Shown here: positions 15,293 to 23,779 of the stretch, piece after piece | Layout: each line of letters starts with the position of its first letter | How positions within the stretch are numbered: the stretch's first letter is position 1 | Assembly: GCA_965219535.1 (NCBI GenBank) | Contig: CBDCNV010000002.1 | Location: 1,620,001-1,652,000, forward strand | Direction of reading: 5' to 3' | DNA from: Opitutales bacterium | GTDB lineage: Bacteria > Verrucomicrobiota > Verrucomicrobiia > Opitutales > PNEW01 | Length of the DNA stretch: 32,000 nt | Notes under the pieces: model-generated | The model's input: only the letters and a program-made list of their open reading frames with translations | The model's database searches: none | What the model was told of the DNA's origin: nothing | Position numbers and translations under genes: made by a program

Positions 15293-16273
15293 ATGAAACA
15301 CAACCTCTATCCATTCTTGATTCCCTTAATCTCAATGTGCGCTGTGCTGCCGATGTTCGGTACTGCTGAGCCTCCGTCTTGCGCGGAGCACTCCATCGTG
15401 GCCAGCGCGGTGCGCACCCTAGAGGACGTAGAGGCTTTCGTTCAATGCGCCTACGAGTATGTTCTGGAAGAGGGCTTCGTGGAGGCACGCAGGGCCTTTA
15501 ACGAGGACGAGCGCTGGAAACACGGCCCGATCTACGTATTCGTGGACGAATTGCCCGCCATGTCCGATATGTCGCGCGCGTTCGTCTACCCACCCGACCC
15601 TTCGCGGGAAGGAGTGTCTTGGGGACTGGTGATCGACGTGTACGGAAACGATATCGTCAGGGAATTTACCCGCGTCGTGGGCAGCTTCGGAGAGGGTTGG
15701 ATTTACTACTCCTTCAAAAACCCGGCGACGGACAGGGAGGAGCCGAAGGCTTCCTACGCCAAGGGCATCGACTGGGACGGGACTCCGGCTGCGATCGGCG
15801 CGGGGATCTACCAGCGCGACATCCCGGGCACGTGCTGGAGTGAAGAGGTCAATGCCATGTTGCTTGATGACGATCCTTCCAACGAGAGGTTGAAGGAGTT
15901 TGTCCGTTGCGCTGCGATGGAACTTGAAATGAAAGGCTACTTTGCGATCAACACTTTGACCACGGACCCGCGATGGAAACACGGATCAATCTACTTGTTT
16001 GCCATCGATACTTATGGCTACACGCTGTTCAGTGGCGATTCATACAGCGAGCCGGATGATATAATGTCCGAGTTGGTAGGCCCGGTCGAAGATCAGGATC
16101 TTGTGAGCGTAGCGGACGCCTTCGGAGAGAGCTTCCTGTATTACACGATACGCAATCCGTCGAGTGAGATGGAGGAGCGCAAGGTGTCATTCGTCAAGAG
16201 GGTAGTGTCCTTTGGACTGCCAATTCTGATTGGCGCCGGCTATTATCTGGAGGACATGGAGGAGAGTCCGTAA
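15293..16273 (+). CDS. Secreted protein with two tandem single-Cache (sCache_2-like) domains, paralog 1
   Basis: A signal peptide (MKHNLYPFLIPLISMCAVLPMFG) is followed by two units of the pattern A-x-x-YV-x-x-x-GF-x-x-A-x-x-x-F...RWK-HG-x-IY-x-F...GEG/ES-x-x-YY-x-x-x-NP...E-x-K-x-S-x-x-K...G-AG-x-Y, typical of Cache_2/PDC sensor folds. There is no TM or output domain. The segment is G+C-rich. Confidence 0.6.
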   Translation: MKHNLYPFLIPLISMCAVLPMFGTAEPPSCAEHSIVASAVRTLEDVEAFVQCAYEYVLEEGFVEARRAFNEDERWKHGPIYVFVDELPAMSDMSRAFVYPPDPSREGVSWGLVIDVYGNDIVREFTRVVGSFGEGWIYYSFKNPATDREEPKASYAKGIDWDGTPAAIGAGIYQRDIPGTCWSEEVNAMLLDDDPSNERLKEFVRCAAMELEMKGYFAINTLTTDPRWKHGSIYLFAIDTYGYTLFSGDSYSEPDDIMSELVGPVEDQDLVSVADAFGESFLYYTIRNPSSEMEERKVSFVKRVVSFGLPILIGAGYYLEDMEESP

Positions 16274-16522
16274 GCCGGGCAGAGCTCGCGCAGAACACAT
16301 GGTAGGAGCACCTGTCCTTGTGGGGGATGACATAAGGGGGACTCATAAACTTGTGCTCCGAATGATGTAGAGTTGCTTATGATGAGTATAATTGAACTAT
16401 TAGAGTCTTTCCGAACCAAAGAACGAGCCATTGAATACCTGGGGTGCACAAGGGGGGAAAGGCTCCCAACGCAAACTATACTTCCCTAAATTCCAAAAGC
16501 AAAGAATCCCGAACATTTACAA

Positions 16523-17503
16523 ATGATGAAAAACCACCTCTGCCCATCATTCTTGATTTCCTTAATCTCAACGTTCGCTGTGCTGCCGATGTCAGGTGCT
16601 GATGAAGCTGTGTCTTGCACGGAGCACTCCATCGCCGCCCGCGCGGTGCGCACCCCTGAGGACATACAGGCGTTCGTTCAGTGCGCCTACGAGTATGTCC
16701 GCGCAAAGGGCTTCAGTGAGGCACGCAGGGCATTTCACGAAGACGAGCGCTGGAGATACGGCCAAATCTATGTTTTCGTCGCCGATGCGACAGACATGAC
16801 TCAACGATTGGTCGTCTTCCCCCCCGACCCCTCGAGGGAAGGGAAACCGTTGGGACCGCTGGTCGATGCCTTCGGCAACGAATTCTTCAGTGAAGGGCAG
16901 CGCACCCTGAGTATCGTCGATGAAGGTTGGCTCTACTACTCGTTCCCCAATCCAGCAACGGGCAGGGACGAGCCGAAAGCTTCCTATGTCAAGATCATCG
17001 ACTGGGACGGGACTCCATCCGCGATTGGCGCGGGGATCTACCGCCGTGACATCCCTGGCGCATGCAACAGTGAAGAAGTCAGTGCCATGTTGCTAAATGA
17101 CGATCCTTCCAACGAGAGGCTCAAGGAGTTTGTCCGTTGCGCTGCGATGGAACTTGAAATGAAAGGCTACTTTGCGATCAACACTTTGACCACGGACTCG
17201 CGATGGAAACACGGATCAATCTACTTGTTTGCCATCGATACTTATGGCTACATGCTGTTCAGTGGCGATACATACAGCGAGCCGGATGATATAATGTCCG
17301 AGTTGGTAGGCCCGGTCGAAGACCAGGATCTTGTGAGCGTAGCGGACGCCTTCGGAGAGAGCTTCCTGTATTACACGATACGCAATCCGTCGAGTGAAAT
17401 GGAGGAGCGCAAGGTGTCATTCGTCAAGAGGGTAGTGTCCTTTGGACTGCCGATACTGATTGGCGCCGGCTATTATCTGGAGGATATGGAGGAGGGACCG
17501 TAG
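16523..17503 (+). CDS. Secreted double sCache_2-like protein, paralog 2
   Basis: Same architecture as 15293-16273. The last ~135 codons are nearly identical to paralog 1 and the first ~190 codons are clearly diverged. It keeps the conserved leader ttccaaaagcaaagaatc directly upstream (16491-16522). Confidence 0.6.
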   Translation: MMKNHLCPSFLISLISTFAVLPMSGADEAVSCTEHSIAARAVRTPEDIQAFVQCAYEYVRAKGFSEARRAFHEDERWRYGQIYVFVADATDMTQRLVVFPPDPSREGKPLGPLVDAFGNEFFSEGQRTLSIVDEGWLYYSFPNPATGRDEPKASYVKIIDWDGTPSAIGAGIYRRDIPGACNSEEVSAMLLNDDPSNERLKEFVRCAAMELEMKGYFAINTLTTDSRWKHGSIYLFAIDTYGYMLFSGDTYSEPDDIMSELVGPVEDQDLVSVADAFGESFLYYTIRNPSSEMEERKVSFVKRVVSFGLPILIGAGYYLEDMEEGP

Positions 17504-17989
17504 GGCGGGCAAAGTGACTTGAAGCTTAAGAAGATTATGAAAAAGAATTAGAATTGGCTAGCAATGTATATCATTCTCAAAATTTATAGTTTGTGCCACG
17601 CCGATTTGTATCATAATCATTCTCTGTGAAAGAGAGAGAAGAACAATCCCGCGTTGGCAAGCAGCTTACCAAGTCTGTCGTGGAACTGGATGCGGGCGAG
17701 CGGCGGGAAGCCAGTTTTAAGGTTGCACCAGTGCATAAGTTCGGGCAGAAGGCTGAAGCCTCGGTGGCAAGGAAATTTTTCCTCGCAGTTTTCGGTATAA
17801 TTCGGAGGTGCTTCTCGCCCAGGGGAAACTCACGCAAGAGATAGAGCGCATGACAGCTAAGGGACAGTGACTTTGCCCAGACAGGGTTAGAAACACTCCA
17901 GAGAATCTGTCGGTGCAGGATGCAGGGGGATACATTGGCCAACGGACTTCCTGCCGAATTTCAAACATGGCGAAGAGAATCATACCGGG

Positions 17990-18140
17990 GAAAAATAAAG
18001 TCATAAGCCTTAAATTTGCTTCTGAAAGAACGATCATCCTTCGTTATGACTTCCCCCTGCCCTGACATGTAAACGTCCTTTCTCGAGGCACTCAGACCCC
18101 TTAGAATGGCAAATCAAATTGAGCGTAAAGCTTCAATAAA
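17990..18140 (+). repeat. Right copy of the ~150-bp direct repeat (partner at 13760-13910)
   Basis: See the partner entry. Same orientation, 4230 bp apart. Confidence 0.8.
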
Positions 18141-18421
18141 TCATCTTATTAAATAAAAATACTTTTTGTTCAGTTTTTTAATATACAATAGCATTGTAGC
18201 AAACAGCTGTTTATAATTCATACTTAGCAATAGAGATTTCAGAATTGATAGCTATTAACTATTGTAAGTTTACTTATTAAAAAAAACTCTCCCTACCCCC
18301 CTATTTTAGGGGGATAAAGAGGGGTTAATTCTTTTCTTTCTTATATTCTTTTCTTTCTTGTTTATGGGAGTTGGTTGAATACACAATAGCGAATAGTGCT
18401 GTGTCATCTATTGAGACCTTT

Positions 18422-18450
18422 GATGGGTAATTTTTACCCATCCAGTTTTT
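18422..18450 (+). terminator. Rho-independent terminator-like hairpin
   Basis: gatgggtaa-ttt-ttacccatc is a perfect 9-bp stem, followed by cagttttt on the + strand. It lies between the cargo module and the convergent minus-strand gene ending at 18465. Confidence 0.45.
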
Positions 18451-18464
18451 CGTTTAATGATGAG

Positions 18465-19244
18465 TTAATTCAACGATTCCAATAATTCTTCGGTTAAGAC
18501 TCTAGTTCCATTATCGGTTTCTTCTATTAATTCGGCATTGATATAAGCGTTCCATATGTCTTTAGGATCAAGCCTTGAGTCGACAATCGCCTCAAGTTCC
18601 TCTGGTGTCATATCCTCAAATTCAACTTTTTGTTGTTTAGCACAATAAAACCATAAATGGGTAAGTCCCAAACGAGCTAATCCACAAGCTTGTTCACTGT
18701 TTTCGACTGGAAGTGCTTTAACGTAATTTTGTAATAAAGTCATTTTCCAGTGATGCTGAGTTCTTGGGTGAATATATATAGAACCATTCGTAAATATACC
18801 TGGAGCCGGACCTTCCTTAAGTTCATCATCGTCACCATCATCACTTTCGTGGTCAGCTTGGTTATCGAATTGTTCATCACTTGAGTGGTCAGCTTCGCTA
18901 GTGAATTGATATTTACAGTAATTCTTTATCGCTATTAGAAACCCCCGATTTTTTCCCAGCGGTTCAGACAATGATATGAATTCAAGTCGTTCGAGGGCAC
19001 GAAGATTATGAGCCAACGATTTTCTGCTGCAACAAAGATCCTCTGCAAGGTTGCTGATCGATCTGAACTGCTGGCCTCGATTTATTGTTATGCCATGCCA
19101 ACGCGTTATTTTATGGTTAGCGCGAATAATTAACCACAAAGCAAGACACTTTCCAACAGGGGTTGTGTCGGTCCAGATACTGGATGAGCACATAGATTGA
19201 TAAATTGCCACCCAGCGGTCACCGGCGATATATGGTTTAGCCAT
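18465..19244 (-). CDS. Winged-helix replication-initiator/DnaD-like protein, paralog B, with acidic linker
   Basis: The N-terminal ~110 aa align with ORF 20114-20830 (W...ALWLIIRANH...W.GITINRGQQFRSI...SRKSLAHNLRALERLEFIS...PLGKNRGFLIAIKNYCKYQ). An acidic tract (SEADHSSDEQFDNQADHESDDGDDDE) follows. A strong SD, GGAGGAG, lies 6 nt upstream of the ATG. Confidence 0.55.
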   Translation of the reverse strand: MAKPYIAGDRWVAIYQSMCSSSIWTDTTPVGKCLALWLIIRANHKITRWHGITINRGQQFRSISNLAEDLCCSRKSLAHNLRALERLEFISLSEPLGKNRGFLIAIKNYCKYQFTSEADHSSDEQFDNQADHESDDGDDDELKEGPAPGIFTNGSIYIHPRTQHHWKMTLLQNYVKALPVENSEQACGLARLGLTHLWFYCAKQQKVEFEDMTPEELEAIVDSRLDPKDIWNAYINAELIEETDNGTRVLTEELLESLN

Positions 19245-19393
19245 AGGTTTCTCCTCCTCTTGATTGAATTTCTTGTTTATTCAGAATCTTTAAGTTTGAA
19301 TTCGGTTTTAACATGTTAAAATTTATGTGTCTCTTCATCGTTATTTATTTAGTTAATAGGGGGAAATTAAGTGATGCTGTTTTAAGTGTTCTC

Positions 19394-20117
19394 TCACCGA
19401 ATCAACATCGAAATAGTTGTGATTGCCTCGTCTTGACTGTGATTAACAAATTCGAATTCATCTATGCACAGGAGGAAGGAATCCTGTAAAATTCCGTATC
19501 TTTTTGGTTTTTTTTCTATTCTCGTCAAAAAGACACAGCTGTCTTCCTCCTCGTTGACTATATTGGGTTTTTGAAGCGATAATTCCGATATTCATGAATA
19601 AGATTTGAGTGAGAGACGTAATTAAACGAAAGTGATGTTCCTCTTAAAACTGATACCGCCAAATGAGTTTTCCCAGTCCCACAACCTCCTTGCATAAGCA
19701 GAAATCCATGAGGTTATTTGCAAATGATTTTGCGCGATCTACTATATTTTTCAGATTTTCCTGGTCGCATTCGAAGTTATCAAAGGAAAAATCGTGAGCC
19801 AGCATGGGGATTTCTGTGGCTTTTGCTAACCATTTACATTCTTTGCATTCGCCTATGAAGTAAAACCGCCAATTATTACTGGCTAATTCTGGGGTTAGAT
19901 CGTATCTAGATCTAATATAATAACCGTTATCTGATTTTATTCTATTTAAGCTTTCTTCAGCCTTTAAGATTAATTGCTCCTCTTTATGAAAGACACAATA
20001 TTGTGGTGGGAACTTTGACAACCATAGCTCGTGTGCTTTTTCTTTTTCCGAAGCATCACCCTTCGATACATTTTCCCATAATTCGTTTTTTAGATCGTCT
20101 TGATCGCTTATTTTCAT
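19394..20117 (-). pseudogene. DnaC/IstB-like helicase-loader ATPase, frameshifted in the ATPase domain
   Basis: Track ORF 19644-20117 ends ...DFSFDNFECDQENLKNIVDRAKSFANNL. The next frame gives GFLLMQGGCGTGKTHLAVSV (Walker A). A further frame gives RQLCLFDE (Walker B-like), and another gives ILQDSFLLCIDEFEFVNHSQDEAITT. At least three frame changes are needed. The start overlaps the upstream stop as ATGA (20114-20117), with GAGGAGG upstream. Confidence 0.6.
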
Positions 20118-20830
20118 AGTTCCTCCTCTATTCCCGTTGTGAAATTTTCGCTTGAAATCTTTTGAGGTTTAAATTGGCGCGAAGATCTATTTGTTGTATT
20201 ATTTGACCATTCAGATGCGTCATCATTATAGCGTTCTTGATTAAAAAATGTACAGGGATAGGGAATAAATGTGGGATCACCGTTATACTTCTGTGCGTAT
20301 AATTGGGTTCTCTCAAAGATGTGGTTAAAACCGTGCTTATTAATGGCCTTTATAATTGCTTTAATGGCACGGATTTTATCTATTTTTCTGGGGTATATTT
20401 TGTAGATTTTTTCTGCCTGTTGCCCAATCTCGGAACCAGAATTATTCAAGTGCTTTTTACCGTTTTCATGAATGGGTGAAGTATCAGACAAAGTTGAAGA
20501 AACACTTTGATATAGGTTATAATTTATAACCTTGATCAGAAATCCCCTGTTTTTCCCCAGAGGGGTAGTTCTTGTGATGAATCCTGCCTTTTCGAGGTTG
20601 CTAAGGGCCTTACGAAGGGTAGGAGCGGACATTGATACTTCATCGATCATTTTTTCGATTGTTCGGAATGTCTCACCTCTTTCGATGGTGATATCTGCCC
20701 ACGATGAAGGCCTATGATTACAAGATAGTATCAGATATGCGGCTGTTTTAAATGTTGCCGGTGGCTGTTGTCGCCAAAGATTTGAGTCAAGTAGTTTTCT
20801 ATGAAGCAATATGTAACCTTGGTATGTCAT
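20114..20830 (-). CDS. Winged-helix replication-initiator/DnaD-like protein, paralog A
   Basis: ILLHRKLLDSNLW...AAYLILSCNH...W..ITIERGETFRTI...SAPTLRKALSNLEKAGFITRTTPLGKNRGFLIKVINYNLYQ, plus the C-terminal IYKIYPRKIDKIRAIKAIIKAI...FIPYPCTFFNQERYNDD motif. The latter is common in phage and plasmid replication proteins (IY-x-x-YPRK ... FIP-x-P-x-T-x-FNQ-x-R). Confidence 0.6.
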   Translation of the reverse strand: MTYQGYILLHRKLLDSNLWRQQPPATFKTAAYLILSCNHRPSSWADITIERGETFRTIEKMIDEVSMSAPTLRKALSNLEKAGFITRTTPLGKNRGFLIKVINYNLYQSVSSTLSDTSPIHENGKKHLNNSGSEIGQQAEKIYKIYPRKIDKIRAIKAIIKAINKHGFNHIFERTQLYAQKYNGDPTFIPYPCTFFNQERYNDDASEWSNNTTNRSSRQFKPQKISSENFTTGIEEEL

Positions 20831-20903
20831 TTCAGGTGTGATATAAGTAATTCAATTAAATGTGATTGCGTGCTTTTCATGCTTTGAATCTTTAAATTTC
20901 TCA

Positions 20904-21155
20904 TTAACGTCCTCCCAGGGATGGGATTTCGAGTTTCTCCAGGGTCTTCAAGATCGCTTCACGTCTGAACAATCGGCGCCGACCGAGTTTGAAAAATGGA
21001 AGGACGCGACGAGCCACTAAGTTGCGTATATGGCGAGTTGAACAGCCAAGATACTCTGCCAACTCAATTTCACCCATTATGGCTGGTGGGTTCCTGCGCA
21101 GTTCAGATTTTGCATCTTCGTAGCTGTTCGGAACAAAATTACCTTTCCCTTCCAT
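20904..21155 (-). CDS. Excisionase/AlpA-type helix-turn-helix DNA-binding protein
   Basis: ELAEYLGCSTRHIRNLVARRVLPFFKLGRRRLFRREAILKTLEKLE is the HTH_17/Xis pattern (L-x-x-S-x-x-T-I-x-x-x-V-x-x-G-x-x-P-x-x-K-x-G-R-x-x-x-F-x-x-x-x-I). The gene is small and close to the integrase. Confidence 0.7.
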   Translation of the reverse strand: MEGKGNFVPNSYEDAKSELRRNPPAIMGEIELAEYLGCSTRHIRNLVARRVLPFFKLGRRRLFRREAILKTLEKLEIPSLGGR

Positions 21156-21241
21156 GTTAGAAGGAAACCTAAGGCATTGAGTGACGCTATCGACCCGAAT
21201 TTATGAGCGATAATAAATATATTATCGCTCATAAGAAAAAC

Positions 21242-22126
21242 CTAGTTAAATAACTCTTTTAGAACTGATTCAACAATTTCAGGCGTCTTCAACCAATCAT
21301 CGTTTCTAACATATATAGGGGTTTTTTCGCCTTTTTTATTAATACCCTCTGTCTTTTCCTTGGCTGTCCAAACATCGTCGTCGTAGTGTTTTAATGCTCG
21401 GGCAGCGGCTAAATTTTTAAGATCAGAGGTGTAATTTTTCTTACCCCTTCTCCTTGTATTTAAAACTTCAATTTTTCTGTCTTTTCTGACTCCTTCAAGG
21501 AAGGCTAGTGTGTACTTAAATTGGCTTTCAATAATCCTATCGTCATTGCGTAAATCTAATGGAGATATTACCCAAAATAAGTTTTGGTCCTTCTCATTGA
21601 GAATTTGCTTTCCGAGTTCTTTCCACCCTTTAACGAATACTTTTTCTATACCCTTAAATTTCTCCCTCATATCTGGTGAGGGTATCTGAGAGCCATAATT
21701 GCGTAAAGAGACTCTATCTTTAGTTAACGAACCTAACGGATTTTTATAAACTTTAAGAATCCTGTTTTGCAGGCCTTTTTTCAGCGCACAAAAGGGAGTT
21801 TGCCTGAAAGCAAGAAAGTGCAACTCTAATCTATGCCTACCGGGTAATCCTGCTTCTATTTCTCTTGCTAACTCTCGAATAAATTGAGCAGCTGGAGTTC
21901 TAGGGGCGAATGCATCATCAAATTCAGGTAGATCATTATTACCGGGATTTTTTAATCCAAACTCAACGATTTCTGCATAACGTTCTTCGTTATTTTCATG
22001 TTCTCTATTGTAATATTCACGGCCGAATTCGTAGTAATATAACAACTTCCTAAAATCTTCTTTACCCGGCCCGTAAAAGCTAGTGAAATTCCATTCTGCC
22101 TCTGGAAGTTTAGTTTTTGGTGGCAT
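21242..22126 (-). CDS. Hypothetical protein (294 aa) immediately downstream of the integrase
   Basis: A long, clean ORF only 6 bp from the integrase stop. No recognisable motifs. Confidence 0.5.
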   Translation of the reverse strand: MPPKTKLPEAEWNFTSFYGPGKEDFRKLLYYYEFGREYYNREHENNEERYAEIVEFGLKNPGNNDLPEFDDAFAPRTPAAQFIRELAREIEAGLPGRHRLELHFLAFRQTPFCALKKGLQNRILKVYKNPLGSLTKDRVSLRNYGSQIPSPDMREKFKGIEKVFVKGWKELGKQILNEKDQNLFWVISPLDLRNDDRIIESQFKYTLAFLEGVRKDRKIEVLNTRRRGKKNYTSDLKNLAAARALKHYDDDVWTAKEKTEGINKKGEKTPIYVRNDDWLKTPEIVESVLKELFN

Positions 22127-22132
22127 TTAAAT

Positions 22133-23398
22133 TTAATTCCCCTTATCGGCTTGTGTAAAAGGGACAACTTGGGGTTTTTCTAAGCGACCCGGGCGAATGT
22201 CGAAATATTGCTTTCCTTCCCCCCTGCGCACGAACGCACGGTAGGAGTCAAACAACTGCTGATCACTGGAGCGATGCCCCATAACAGTTGCTGTCTTCAA
22301 AGGATCCCCGGACATTTCGAAATAATAGGAGCCAAACGAGTGTCGCATCAAGTTGGTATGCCATTTGTGAAACCCAGCTAATCGGTGAAGTTTCGTGAAA
22401 TTCTGTTTGTATTTTAATGGACAAATCGGGCCGTCCCTGTCGGGGCAAAGAAATAGCCACTCAAGTAAGTTATCTTCAATTGTGACCATGCGAACCCGTC
22501 TTTTCTTGGAGATCTTCGAAGAGATATAGATCGTCTTTTCATCTAATTGAATATTATCCCATCTTAATCTGGTCATTTCTGCAACTCGTATCCCCGCAAA
22601 TAGTCCAATGGCAATAAAAGGTAATAATTCTAATTGAGCATACTGGTAGGCAGTAGTAATCAAGTTTTGCGCTTCTTCTATCCTTAGAATTTTTGGTTCC
22701 ACCCAATCGATTTTGGGTGTCCGTATGCGCGCGACAGGATTCTCTCCCATTCTATAGCCTTCTCGAATCGCAAACTCAAAAAGATCGTAGACAGCTCTAC
22801 GGTAATTTAATATGCTGCAGGGGCTAAGGTTGGGGAAAGATTTTAACCAGTCTTCGATTTGAGATTTATTAACATCTTTTACCAATAGATGACCGAATGA
22901 TTCTGAAATCTTGTTCCCCCTGCTTCTAAAGTCTTCAATACTTCGGGGCCTTAAGTTCCTTTCAACTTTATCCTGAAGAGATTTCTCAACGAGTTCACTA
23001 ATTCTGATATCACCTTTTTCTGGTTTCAGGTGGGCGACCGCAAATTTTACCACGCTGGGTAAAGTCATATCCAGACCGTCTATCATAACAAAGGCTTCAA
23101 TGGCTTGCTCTCGTTGCCAGGGGGTAATATCGAAAGCTGCCTGTCCTTGTCTCTGTGCTTGTGCAAACTGAAACTCTGCCCAGGTGTATGCTTCCTTCTT
23201 TTTTGTAAACTGTTTAAGTAATCTTTTCCCCGCTAACTTTGCTGGGACTTCGACGCGGTAGCTTATGCCGTACGATCTGTTGGCGGTTCGATTAAGAATT
23301 TCTCGAATATGTATCCCACTTTTAGGAGGATAAATCCAGACTTTGGACTTCCTTTTTTTCGAACCCGTTGCATTTGTTGCCATGAGAGAAAAGATCAT
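22133..23398 (-). CDS. Tyrosine site-specific recombinase (phage-type integrase)
   Basis: The C-terminal catalytic region reads ...GIRVAEMTRLRWDNI...LMRHSFGSYYF...TVMGHRSSDQQLFDSYR (R...H-x-x-R...H...Y). It sits next to the 3' end of tRNA-His. An alternative start is the ATG at 23383. Confidence 0.85.
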   Translation of the reverse strand: MIFSLMATNATGSKKRKSKVWIYPPKSGIHIREILNRTANRSYGISYRVEVPAKLAGKRLLKQFTKKKEAYTWAEFQFAQAQRQGQAAFDITPWQREQAIEAFVMIDGLDMTLPSVVKFAVAHLKPEKGDIRISELVEKSLQDKVERNLRPRSIEDFRSRGNKISESFGHLLVKDVNKSQIEDWLKSFPNLSPCSILNYRRAVYDLFEFAIREGYRMGENPVARIRTPKIDWVEPKILRIEEAQNLITTAYQYAQLELLPFIAIGLFAGIRVAEMTRLRWDNIQLDEKTIYISSKISKKRRVRMVTIEDNLLEWLFLCPDRDGPICPLKYKQNFTKLHRLAGFHKWHTNLMRHSFGSYYFEMSGDPLKTATVMGHRSSDQQLFDSYRAFVRRGEGKQYFDIRPGRLEKPQVVPFTQADKGN

Positions 23399-23425
23399 TG
23401 CTATGCTTACTCAAGATGTCAATAA

Positions 23426-23447
23426 ATATGATAGGAATATGATAGGA
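23426..23447. repeat. Perfect 11-bp tandem duplication between integrase and tRNA
   Basis: atatgatagga occurs twice in tandem. A related taggatagga occurs at 23661-23670 on the other side of the tRNA. These are candidate recombinase arm-type sites. Confidence 0.6.
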
Positions 23448-23537
23448 TATTTTAAGGATGTAAAATACAGATCTCGATGACAGTGCTCCCATATAATCAT
23501 AAGTTAATAATTACAAACGTTATATAATTATTATCAT

Positions 23538-23615
<78 letters not shown>

Positions 23616-23632
23616 ATGTATAACGGGATCAG

Positions 23633-23660
23633 AAATTAGGATTCAAAGGGGAAGTGTCAA
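23633..23660 (-). promoter_or_regulatory. Putative sigma-70 type promoter of tRNA-His
   Basis: The minus strand shows TTGACA (23655-23660), a 16-nt spacer and TAATTT (23633-23638). The predicted start is about 10 nt upstream of the mature tRNA 5' end. Confidence 0.45.
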
Positions 23661-23674
23661 TAGGATAGGATGTA

Positions 23675-23714
23675 GGTCAAAAGGTCAAAAAGTCAAAATG
23701 TCAAAATGTCAATA
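23675..23714. repeat. Five tandem 8-bp units (GTCAAAAN on +, TTTTGAC on -)
   Basis: ggtcaaaa ggtcaaaa agtcaaaa tgtcaaaa tgtcaata have an exact 8-bp period. They lie directly upstream of the tRNA-His promoter. Each unit contains a -35-like TTGAC on the tRNA strand. Confidence 0.9.
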
Positions 23715-23779
23715 AACACAGGTCGTCATCATGACCAGTTTAAGCCCACGGCTATGGTAGCCTATTCGCAGTTAAGCTC

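Noticed and set aside
14653-15982. Long antisense ORFs: 14653-15231 (-) opposite the IS1016-like transposase and 15419-15982 (-) opposite Cache paralogue 1. There are similar cases at 16476-16804, 24277-24510, 25109-25363, 27320-27728, 27781-28155, 29006-29197 and 29801-30115.
   Set aside because: Each lies wholly inside a well-supported gene on the other strand or in another frame and has no motifs. In the G+C-rich segments long spurious ORFs are expected.
18178-18275. Miniature IS1595-derived element: atatacaatagc (18181-18192) and gctattaactattgtaag (18251-18268) resemble the IR core TATACAATAGTAA in inverted orientation.
   Set aside because: Only 9-11 nt match in very AT-rich DNA, with no GG terminus and no TSD. 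The evidence is too weak to call.
23675-23714. CRISPR-like arrays, considered here and at 26678-26781, 28394-28566 and 30769-30985.
   Set aside because: The units are 8 bp and contiguous with no spacers, which is far below CRISPR repeat and spacer sizes. No cas genes are present.
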